In this document: piece by piece, positions 1 through 10,456 of the stretch
How positions within the stretch are numbered: position 1 is the stretch's first letter
Layout: every line of letters starts with the position of its first letter
From: Octopus sinensis
Taxonomy: Eukaryota
Direction of reading: 5' to 3'
Length of the DNA stretch: 64,000 nucleotides
Assembly (NCBI RefSeq): GCF_006345805.1
Contig: NC_043012.1
Span: 16,802,001-16,866,000, forward strand
Notes under the pieces: generated by a model
Told to the model about the DNA's origin: nothing
Database searches by the model: none
What the model saw: the letters and a program-made list of their open reading frames with translations, nothing else
Program-made: the position numbers and the translations under genes

Positions 1-566
1 ATACATGTATATAAACGTATACAAATTATATACATGTATATAAACGTATACAAATTATATACATGTATATAAACGTATACAAATTATATACATGTATATA
101 AACGTATACAAATTATATACATGTATATAAACGTATACAAATTATATACATGTATATAAACGTATACAAATTATATACATGTATATAAACGTATACAAAT
201 TATATACATGTATATAAACGTATACAAATTATATACATGTATATAAACGTATACAAATTATATACATGTATATAAACGTATACAAATTATATACATGTAT
301 ATAAACGTATACAAATTATATATATGTATATAAACGTATACAAATTATATATATGTATATAAACGTATACAAATTATATATATGTATATAAATGTATACA
401 AATTATATATATGTATATAAATGTATACAAATTATATATATGTATATAAATGTATACAAATTATATATATTAATATGTATATAAATGTATACAAATTATA
501 TATATATTTATATTATATATATAACATATTATATATATATATAAATGTATACAAATTATATATATT

Positions 567-600
<34 letters not shown>
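1..600. repeat. 29-bp AT-rich minisatellite decaying into (TA)n
   Basis: Unit ATACATGTATATAAACGTATACAAATTAT repeated from base 1; later units accumulate substitutions, then pure TA. Confidence 0.95.
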
Positions 601-619
<19 letters not shown>

Positions 620-1486
620 TGTATACAATGTATACACTGTCCAAGCCTTGCTAGCACGGAAAACGGGCTTTAAAAACGATGATGATGATTCTCCGTATTT
701 TTCTCTCTCCTTTCTCTCTCACTTTCCCACTCTCTTAGTTTTCTTATCTCTCGGACTCTTCCTTGCTTTCTCTTACTCTCTATTTTATCTATATCTCTCT
801 CCATTTATTTAAACAACAGAAGATCTTGAGTAAGTTGAAAAATAAATATTTAGAAAGATCAATCTGAAATATGAGGCAGTGATAATGGAAAAGTCTGCTT
901 CAAGGCAGACAGCAAAATGCTAACATTTAAAAGGGACAGACGGACTTGCGAGCTGAAGAAAAATAATAAAATATTGGAAACCAAAGTTTGAAGGGATAGA
1001 ATCTGAGGATAGTAGAGTCACCATGGCTGGCACTTCTTAACGACGGACAGCAACGTAGTGACAGTTTAACGACTGGCGTAAAATTTTCAACTTGATGTAA
1101 AAGAAAATTCGTAAACACCAAGTTTTGAAGTGATTCTTTCTCACGACAGTAGACTCACCATGGACTCTTTATCATGGACGGCAACACATTGACGATTAAA
1201 AGGCTGGCGCAAATTTTTTAGCTTGATGTAACAGAGAATTCCTAAACACCCGCTCCTTTAAATTTTAATCCCATTCCAGCCCCATTTAGACCACTTTTCA
1301 CATTTTGGTTAACATAACCCGATTTCATTCGGGTCTACTGGGGCCACATTTTATAAGATGAGGAATTTTGTCCTAGAGGTGACGCCTTTCATTTGAGGGA
1401 AAAAATAGTTGTCATGCAAACTTGCCAGCACTTTTAACATAGGTATGCATATTTTCAGCTGAATCGACCGACTACGTAATGCACAC

Positions 1487-1555
<69 letters not shown>

Positions 1556-1898
1556 ACGCATTATATATACAAATGTATACAAATGAGATATAGATCTGTA
1601 TAAATTAAATTAGAGATAAAACCACTAATAGGCAAATCAAACAGTGAAAAACCAAACACAAAAACATTAAAAAAATATAATATAGAAAATATATAAAATA
1701 TAAAATTGAAAAATTGAAATTATTTAAATTGAAAATAAAAATTATTAAATTATATTTATAATAATTTGTTTAAAATATATATAACTATGAAAAAGTATGA
1801 AAAAGTTTAACATACATAAATAAAAGATATACACTTTGTATATATACATTATATATACATATTTATATATAGAACACACACATACATATATATACATA

Positions 1899-2745
1899 TC
1901 TATATATATAAAACTGTATGTGTGTGAGTGTCTGTCTCCTACGATTTAGATTCCTAACTACTCCCACATTTTGCGATGCAGTTTAACCAAAACCGGGTAT
2001 CTTATAGTCGTGATTCATATCGAGCCCTTCTGGGTATTAGCGCGCGTCTATGATGTGTCTACGATTTTAAAAATAATTTACCATCATTTTTTTCCATTTT
2101 AATGCATATTTTTTTTAATAAAGGGAAGTAACACTCAAACTTCACACCAATATGCGTGCTCATATGCGACGTAATATCACATCAGCAGCATTTCCTCACA
2201 CCCTCCTTGCACTTGGCGAAGGCAAAATACCAGGGTATGAAAATGGTAATATTGCCATCGATTCCATTTGTACCATTGTTAAGACGCCTCCTGATCTCAG
2301 AGATGCAGTGTTCCCAGATCTACAAGCTAATTATCAGAATATGGATTGGATTGGCAAAAAGGCTATACTGGCCCCGAGGAATAAAACTGTTCACCATATT
2401 AATGATGAAATGCTAAAACTCATTCCTGGGGAAGTCTATGTATATCAGTCTATCGATACAACTCCTGACCCAGAGGACGTCATCAACTATCCAATAGAGG
2501 TACTCAATTCCTTTGAGCACCCCGGACTACCACCACACTTTCTCAAACTTAAAGTTGGTGCCCCTATAATGCTCATCAGAAATTTGGTTCCCCCAAAACA
2601 ATGCAATGGCACACGTTTGATCGTTAAGTCCTTATCTCCCACCGTAAACTTATATCAATATTTGCCTGGATAATCATCATAATTCAGTGCAATCATTAAT
2701 ACTTCAAGCAATTCAGCCCCGAGCAACGCCGGGCAATTCTGCTAG
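1899..2745 (+). mobile_element. Non-autonomous Helitron carrying a helicase fragment
   Basis: 5' TC at 1899 after A; 3' hairpin CCCGAGCAACGCCGGG then CTAG (2742-2745) followed by T; 5' ~210 bp shared with 49609-50081. Confidence 0.88.
2152..2673 (+). pseudogene. PIF1-family (Helitron RepHel) helicase fragment
   Basis: ORF contains KAILAPRN, YPIEVLNS..HPGLPPH.LKLKVGAPIMLIRNL and CNGTRL, typical of Helitron PIF1 helicases; truncated at both ends. Confidence 0.9.
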
Positions 2746-2772
2746 TACATATATATATATATTATATATATA

Positions 2773-2794
<22 letters not shown>

Positions 2795-2805
<11 letters not shown>

Positions 2806-3170
2806 AGCTGAAGTTGTCTGGATATATGTATGTATGTATGTGTGTGTGTATACGTATGTATGTGTAGAGACCTCTTTTGGCTCCACCTGAGTTTTGAAAC
2901 TGAATGGGTAAATTTCCCCCTAACTATAGAGCCTTATTGTTCTGTTGAGGAACAATGTTGTTTTATTCAACCGATGGCCTTCCCAACATTTGATTGATGT
3001 ATTTTCCTCTTGACCCATAACCCTTCTAGTTTGTAAAGGGTTTAAATAAATAATATAAGGGATCTTACCCTTTCAACGGCAGATCGAGAAATATATTTTT
3101 TGTAACTAAACACTTTCAACCTTCGGACACTAACCCTAACCCTAATGTGTCCTATAAAACATTTTTACTT
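2795..3170 (+). mobile_element. Probable Helitron 5' fragment
   Basis: Begins ATATAAGCTGAAGTTGTCTG, like the 5' end of the Helitron at 10020-10419; no 3' end seen. Confidence 0.4.
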
Positions 3171-3810
3171 TTAATGTTACTCTTGACCGCGGCATGCTGG
3201 AGCATCGCCTTTAATCGAGCAATTCGACCCCGGGACTTATTCTTTTTGTAAGCCCAGTACTTATTCTATCCTTAGCCAATCATATTGTCTGTTTTCATTT
3301 GAAATTATTAGCTGCATAGTGTTAATGTGACGTAGATAGCTATTTTGTGAGTGGGTAAGCAGTAAGCAAACAGCTGTGGTAGATGTGGTTATCATGGCAG
3401 TGGTGGTAGTGGTGACAGTGGATGTGTATAATGGCAGCAATTATAGTGTTGGTGTTTTTGTAGAGGTGGTGGTGGTGGCGGCAGTGGATGATGATGATAA
3501 TGATGATGATAGTAGTAGTAGTAGCATTGATTATGTTAGGATGTCTCATGGATGGTAGTGTTGGTGTGTGTGTGTGTGTGTGTATGTATGGATCAAAACA
3601 GTTTGATTCAAATTCTGTGGTTCTTATATATTCATACATATATACATGTAGATGTATATAACATATATATATTGTATGTAAACATCTTTTATATATATAT
3701 ATATATATATAATGTATGCATCTATAATACACACACATTATAAATATATACACATATATGCATATGCATTAGAATATGTGTATAGGTGTATATATATATA
3801 TATATACAGT

Positions 3811-4264
3811 AAAACTACAGTAGCATCCACCCTTAGGGGTTAGCCATATTGAAATGGCAAAAATACGTCACGATGTGTTACCGCTACTGTATATAACTCA
3901 CTTTGATATTTATCATTGTTTGATTTCACTTTTTCAATATCAGCGACAGTGGACGCTGGAAAAAGTATAAGTATTTGTGAAGGAAATCTAATTCTCGGCG
4001 ACAACTATGATTGTCACACGCTGACGAGAGGTCAATACCTCGAAACTCGAGTCCGTGTGTATCATAAGTTGAAGACGGGAAGGATGACTTCCTTTTGCAA
4101 ATACTGACAGGACACAGATAGTGTGTCTATGGCCAGCTGAGAGTGTGTCCTCCTGGGGCTAAAAACTACAGTAGCATCCACCCTTGGGGTTAGCCATATT
4201 GAAATGGCAAAAATACGTCACGATGTGTTACCGCTACTGTATATAACTCACTTTGATATTTATC

Positions 4265-4267
<3 letters not shown>
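3811..4267 (+). mobile_element. Retrozyme-like element: 351-bp unit plus 106-bp repeat of its start, flanked by (TA)n
   Basis: Direct repeats 3811-3917 and 4162-4267 differ by a 1-nt indel; canonical HHR in the single-copy part; many hairpins. Confidence 0.8.
4006..4066 (+). ncRNA. Type I hammerhead ribozyme with canonical core; predicted cleavage after C4053 (GUC)
   Basis: TATGAT-TGT-CACACG CTGACGA GAGGT-CAAT-ACCTC GAA ACTCGAGT C CGTGTG-T-ATCATA: stem I 6+6 bp with internal loop, 5-bp stem II, palindromic stem III. Confidence 0.93.
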
Positions 4268-4317
<50 letters not shown>

Positions 4318-4604
4318 TGCATATGTTTTATACATGTGTGTGTAGCTATTTAGGATCTACACAAATTTATATATACTCCACGAAGTTTATGATAAGCGGA
4401 GATGTCTACATTTTAGTTAGCTATTACATGTTTACGTTAACTACGTCACAAAATAGCTGTTTACGTCACAGTAACAATATTTTGAGAGGCAGTAAATAAT
4501 ATGAGGCTGAAAGAAAGAATATCATTGGTTAAAATTCGAATTATTAAACAACGTTAAACTTAGAAATTACAATTCCGTTTTCATTTTGGTTTACAATGAA
4601 AAGA

Positions 4605-4745
4605 TCCACCAAGGATCTACTCACAAGGCTTTGGTCGGTCCGAGGCTATTGTAGAAGACACTTGCCCAAGGTGTCACGCAGTGGGACTGAACCCGGAACC
4701 ATGTGGTTCGTAAGCAAGCTACTTACCACACGGCTACTCCAGCTC
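4605..4745 (-). mobile_element. SINE family A, 5' half
   Basis: Reverse complement of the head/core seen at 14654. Confidence 0.8.
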
Positions 4746-5519
4746 ATGTTTAGTGAGGGAAACAAATTTAGCGCTCATGGTTTGTGTATTCTGTCGAGAA
4801 GAAAACAATTTTATGCTATTGTTAATCCTTCTTCATTCGAACAAAGAAAATAGATTCGACCACCCCGTGAAAAGACAAAATATCATCTATACTGTTTCAT
4901 CCAATAGAAGAAAATCTTGTAGAAAATAGAGGAATAATTAAAATAGAGCTCCAAGTTCTATGCTAATGGTTTAGGAAAATGTTTCGGAGGAACATGAATG
5001 GTGAGATATTCTCCACAGAATTCTTCACTGCGTAAATTTTTTAGCAACTCAAAAAATCTTGCACTGCATGTTCAAAAGGAATCCCATAGCCATAAAGGAG
5101 AAAGCAACTGCTGAGAAATTCTTTCAGATGCGGTGTTATTAAAATAATCAGGAAACTTTGATCCGCTAAAAAAACAAAAACAAAAAAAAAAAAAAAACAA
5201 TCACTGCAATGTAGCAAAGAACTGAAGACGAATATCCATATTTATGTCAGTTAGTGTAGAATTATTGTATTGAGCTGCTGAAGGCTTCAACTGTTCACCA
5301 GATATTACTACTTAATATTCATAAGGTCAAATATTTTGACCCTTTGTTTGATTCAACTGCAAATAAAGCACATCAATAGAAATAGCATAAACAGTTGTTA
5401 TGTTGGTATTGATTTTAAGAAAACAATTTTATAAAAGAGTCTTTTCTTGGGTTTATCCAATGAAAACGAAAGGATGCTGGAAATATGGTGAAAGTAAGAT
5501 TGGAACTACTTGCAGCAGC

Positions 5520-5660
5520 GGCGGCGGCGGCGAAATGGCAGAATCGTTAGAGCGTAAAGCAGCAAAATGTTTTGCTTTACTTATACCGCATTTGAAGTTC
5601 AAATTACACTGGGGTCAACTTTGATTTTCATCTTTTCAGGGTCGATAAAATAAAGTACAA
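5520..5660 (+). mobile_element. Diverged SINE family B
   Basis: GGCGGCGAAATGGCAGAATCGTTAG head and TTTCATCTTTTCAGGGTCGATAAA core. Confidence 0.65.
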
Positions 5661-6509
5661 ATTAACGACGATGTGGTGGTGGAACTGTTAGAATGCCAGA
5701 CGAGATGCCTTGTGGTATTTGCTTTGACTCTTTGGGGAGTTCTGAACTCACGTATGAACCGACTTAAATCGGCGCTCGTTTTAGTACCACCACTTGGTTC
5801 TGTATGCTTTTATAGGAGTACTTTCTGTGGCCAGCTTTGAGGTTGGATTTCCGGTTCGAGGATAACTTCATTCTTTCCTTCTATCAGTCATGAAAGAAAG
5901 AAAAGTAGAAAGAAATTCCAGGTCATGAGCGTTGCACCTCCATTCCTGACTGAACTGTGAAAAAAAAAAAAAACCCTTAATAGACGGAACCCTTTTAGAA
6001 GCGGTCGATCTAATTTTTATTCCAATGACGAAGTATTGCCTGGTTATTAAAATGGTGTTCAATAGAAAATTAATGAAAAAAGAAACAAAAACAAAACAAA
6101 GGTATTTTCGCAAGCATCGATAATTATTCTTTCAATTTCCTTGGCATTTGTGTTGCTAACCACAATGTATCGATAATAACTTATTTCGGTGTAGTTCATA
6201 GAGGAATAACTAAACTGTGTGCAACCTCAGGTAGCCCTTGAGCTTGTCACTCCCCCGGGTCCTCAGCCCTGCACAAGCAGACCCAGATATACTGCTTTCA
6301 TAAAAGCGTCACTCGAACCAATGTGTCGCCCGGAGTGGACCCTCTCCTGTCCCCACCATCAGCCATACAACCGGCATTTCAATTGCTTTATTCATCTGGG
6401 TTTTTTTCCGGTCTAACTCTTCATTAACAAATGCCGAATGATGTAGATTATCCATAGATTATCAGAACAGAAAGTGTGAAATCAGTTCATGGATATTTTA
6501 ATATTTTTG

Positions 6510-7205
6510 TTTATCAGCTTTACTTCTTTGGAATACCGCCTTGAACCGATTTAGTCAAAGAAATCGACCCCGGTACTTATTCTCTACAGTCTGGTACATA
6601 TTCCATCGGTCACTGTACTAAACCGCTAAGTTATAGAGTCGTAAACAAGTCAATACCGGTTATCAACCGGTGGTCACACACACAAAAAGGATTAAAAAAT
6701 TTATTTGAGTAAAAAAAAATTATAAAATCTTTTATCAGGAGGTTACTAACAATTTGGAAGAAGTTTTTAGTCTAGTATGTGCAAACGCTTTCGATTAATC
6801 TTTTCAAGCACACGTTTCTTTCAGTTTCCGTCTACCAAATCTACTCACAAGGCTTTAGTTGACGGAAACCGCAGTAGAAGACTATACCTATTTCTTTACT
6901 ACTCACAAGGGGCTAAACACAGAGGGGACAAACAAGGACAGACACACGGATTAAGTCGATTACATCGACTCCAGTGCGTAACTGGTACTTATTTAATCGA
7001 CCCCGAAAGGATGAAAGGCAAAGTCGACCTCGGCGGAATTTGAACTCAGAACATAAAGACAGACGAAATACCGCTTAGCATTTCGCCCGGCGTGCTAACG
7101 TTTCTGCCAGCTCGCCGCCTTCCGTAGTAGAAGACTATACCACGCAGTGGGACTAACCCCGAGACCTTGTTTTGGGGCAGTAAACTTCTTACCCACATAG
7201 CCACT
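6510..7205 (-). mobile_element. Diverged SINE A interrupted by SINE B
   Basis: A-family 3' part 6510-6680; 5' parts 6815-6888 and 7126-7205. Confidence 0.7.
6889..7125 (-). mobile_element. SINE family B (B1 tail), full length with TSD
   Basis: 16-bp TSD AGTAGAAGACTATACC at 6873-6888 and 7126-7141; tRNA-like head AAGGCGGCGAGCTGGCAG; core resembles a Deu/Nin-type domain. Confidence 0.9.
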
Positions 7206-7894
7206 CACGAATATCTTGATATCATAGCGAAGTTTTGTGCAAAGCATGCATGGTTGACGATTAAAATCAAACCAACGATACAAAAGATAATGCAAAGCAG
7301 TCGCTGAATTTAATCACGACTTTAATCTCTGTGTGTTGCTTGGATGTTAAAATATAATTCCTGTTTGATGGCCTGGGCTTAAAAACGATTACATGATAAT
7401 ACAAAGAGCTTGTATTTAAAACCCTTTAAAGACTTTTTTTAAGCAGCCGAAAATGATTGATCTATGATTCTCTTGAAGCTGGGCTGAAGGTGTTCGATTA
7501 ATGGGATGTTCAAACGGAAAAACATCGAAGGAAGAAGTTACAAAGAAGGAATGAAAATGCTAAGGGATGGGGGACTGACGGGCAGGTGCCCGCCCACCTC
7601 AAGGAAAGAAGTGTACCCGTCTAAATAATGTTATATTATTCCGTGTTGTGCACATGAATGAGGAAAGGCTCCCAAAACCACTGATTTTCTCCTGGAATTG
7701 TATTCCCTTCTGATCTTGTGCCCTCCCTTTGAAAAATTCCTGGGACCAGCCCTGTTATACAAATGGAGAAATAATGGAAGAAACTATTTCGTTGTTGTAT
7801 TTGGCTTGCAAGATTCGAATGTGAACTGTATGTATGTATGTATGTATGTATGTATGTATGTATGTATGTATGTATGTATGCATGCATGCATGCA

Positions 7895-8165
7895 TGCATA
7901 CATGCTTCAACACTTTTACCAAAAATGTTTAAGAAGAATCCTAAACTTCAAATAGCAACAGAAAATACCTGACACACAAATCCTTTTTGATGTTGGCTGC
8001 ACGAACATTGAATCTACCATCATTTCCTCTCAAATGCGTCGGGTAGGCCGTGTTGTGCACATGAATGACGAAAGGCTCCCAAAACAACTGATTTACAGTC
8101 AATTGCACACTGGGAAACGCTCTCAGCACAAACCAAGGAAAAGATATAAAGATTGCATAAAAAAC
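7895..8165 (+). mobile_element. RTE-clade LINE fragment (post-RT region)
   Basis: Translates to QKCLRRILNFK...MRRVGRVVHMNDERLPKQLIYSQLHTGKRSQHKPRKRYKDCIK; short duplicate near 7640-7690. Confidence 0.85.
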
Positions 8166-8779
8166 AAACAACAACAACCTTGTTACACATTCATATCTAT
8201 GTGTTTGCGTATGCCAAACTACATCCCCACTCTTGGCACTATTTTGTTAGTGAACAGTACAAACTGTGTGTAAAATATATAATGTATTACTACACTGAAT
8301 ATCGTCGTCCGTGTATCATGAATAGAAAATAAACACGTAACAATAAGAATGGTTTTCATTTGGTTGTCTATCCCATTAGAACCCAGAACTACGCGTAACA
8401 AACCTTAAAGATTTTCATTTTGAAGATCAGAACTGGGAAGTGCTTCCTTTAAAGAAGGGTAAATGTGAAGGAAAGCTGCAGAATATTTGAAGAGAGATGT
8501 CTTGGTCATGAAAAACTTAAACGCCAGCTTCGAAAAATCCACAGTATGAATATCACTAAGAACATCTTGAACTGGATTTGTGAGGTGTGTGGGTCATTTA
8601 CTGCTCTCTAAATCTGGGTACCCCACTCACTTAAAATCACATAAAAAAACCAACTGTGTGCAGCCCTGTCCCTCCAATGCTAGGTGAGACAACATGTGTG
8701 GTGTGCAAAAAGATCTGCAAATCAATACCTGGTCTTAAAAGGCATATGAGGGTGCATAAGGATGACATCCCACAAGTTT

Positions 8780-9670
8780 AACCAATAAATCCAATAGAGG
8801 GCACATCTTTTGTCCTTCACGTTTGTTGCTGCAGACCCACTGTTGATTCTTTCGGCCTCCATCCACTGTCATACCTATGTCTTTATTACCCACAAGAGGC
8901 TAAACATAGAGGGGACAAACAAGGACAGACATAGGTATTTAGTCGATTACATCGACCCCAGTGCGTAACTGGTACTTAATTTATCGACCCCGAAAGGATG
9001 AAAGGCAAAGTCGGCCTCGGCGGAATTTGAACTCACAACGTAACGACAGACGAAATACCGCTCAGCATTTCGCCTGGCGTGCTAACGTTTCTGCCAGCTC
9101 GCCGCCTTCTATCCACTGTCATACCGTTATGGTTCTGACTGCCTTCCACGCCATACCGTCCTTTTTCCCTTCCCAACTCGAGCCAGCGGGGCCAGACCGA
9201 AGGACCGGTGAAAAGCTTGACGGTATGACAGTTTTCCCGTTTCATGGTGGAAGGTCTCTCTTCTGGGACGTCACATTTTGTGACATCTTAACCAACTAAA
9301 ACTTGTTCAGCTACCAGCCCAGGCTCTGATACTCGCCAGGCACTAGCGTAGCTAGAGTGTGTGCCGCCCAGGGTGACCTTTTCGTTTGCCGCCCTCGAAC
9401 CTCACAAAAAAACGCATATTGCTTACAGCAGACCCAAAAGTGCCGCCCGTGGAGGACCGCGCACCCGCTGCTACACTATGTCGCCAGGCTGAGAAAAACC
9501 AAAGTGTCAAAGTATCAGTCGCTCTCTGAGCGGTCCATAGTTGAGTCTGTGACAGTGGGGACCTACAAAATTCTTGGCTCCTGGACCATATCCCTGCTCA
9601 CCGCTATCGGGGCGGAGATAGCTGTCCGCAAGTGCGAGCCCTGTGAGTCAGAATAACTGTTCCAGCACAT
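8780..9670 (+). mobile_element. CRE-like non-LTR retrotransposon 3' remnant (Zn knuckle plus restriction-like endonuclease), interrupted by SINE B
   Basis: CRPTVDSFGLHPLSY...PRH, then PSQLEPAG..RRTGEKLDGMTVFPFHGGRSLFWDVT, and a later K..KY-like segment; frameshifted. Confidence 0.7.
8876..9110 (-). mobile_element. SINE family B (B1 tail), full length with TSD
   Basis: 15-bp TSD ATCCACTGTCATACC at 8861-8875 and 9111-9125. Confidence 0.9.
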
Positions 9671-10019
9671 CTCCCTTGCACGCACACACACACACACTGT
9701 AATTTTTTAAAGAATGATATAAATTATAATGTCTCAAATTTATGTACAACGTATTTAATTTGTGGGTGTATGTCTTTTATCGTTTACTTGTTTCAGTCAC
9801 TAGACTGCGGCCATGCTGGGGCACCGCCGTGAAGAATTTTAGTTGAATAAATCGACCCCAGTACATTTTCTAAAGCCTGCTACTTATTCTGTCAGCCTCC
9901 TTGCTGAACCAGTTGGATATAAAGATAGCCTTTTGATATTAATACTGCTTCCGTCGGTTATATTATACACACACACACACACACACACAGATATATATAT
10001 ATATATATATATATATACA

Positions 10020-10416
10020 CTAGCAGTATAGCCCGGCGTTGCCCGGGTTTGGTTTCTTTTCGACCCTTTAGAATTGGAATTTTTGAAAAGTAAAAATTTT
10101 GCATAATGTAGCTTGTTATATTCTTTAAGTGAACATTTTTCTGGTTGAAATACACTGAAAAATGGCGACACAGCAGTCAAAAAATCGTAAAAAATAGGGA
10201 TTTTCATAGAAAAAAAGGCACCTTTTTTATGTGAATAATTTTTAGTCTTAACATGGTCCGATTTGAATTTCTTCTTCTACGGAATGAAGAGCAAGCCTTC
10301 TTCTATCATACTCTCAATTTTGGTCAACTTACGCCGCAGGGTCTCGGAGAAGATAGTGTTAGTTGAAGGCTACCAAACTTGCCACACACAGACAACTTCA
10401 GCTTTATATATAAAGA

Positions 10417-10419
<3 letters not shown>
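10020..10419 (-). mobile_element. Non-autonomous Helitron (second family)
   Basis: On the minus strand: 5' TC, 3' hairpin CCCGGGCAACGCCGGG then CTAG; inserted between A and T. Confidence 0.85.

Positions 10420-10456
<37 letters not shown>

Noticed and set aside
950-995. CTGAAGA...GAAAC...GTT
   Set aside because: Stem I does not pair and stem II is weak and AT-only
3131-3145. TAACCCTAACCCTAA telomeric motif
   Set aside because: Only 2.5 units, inside a repeat
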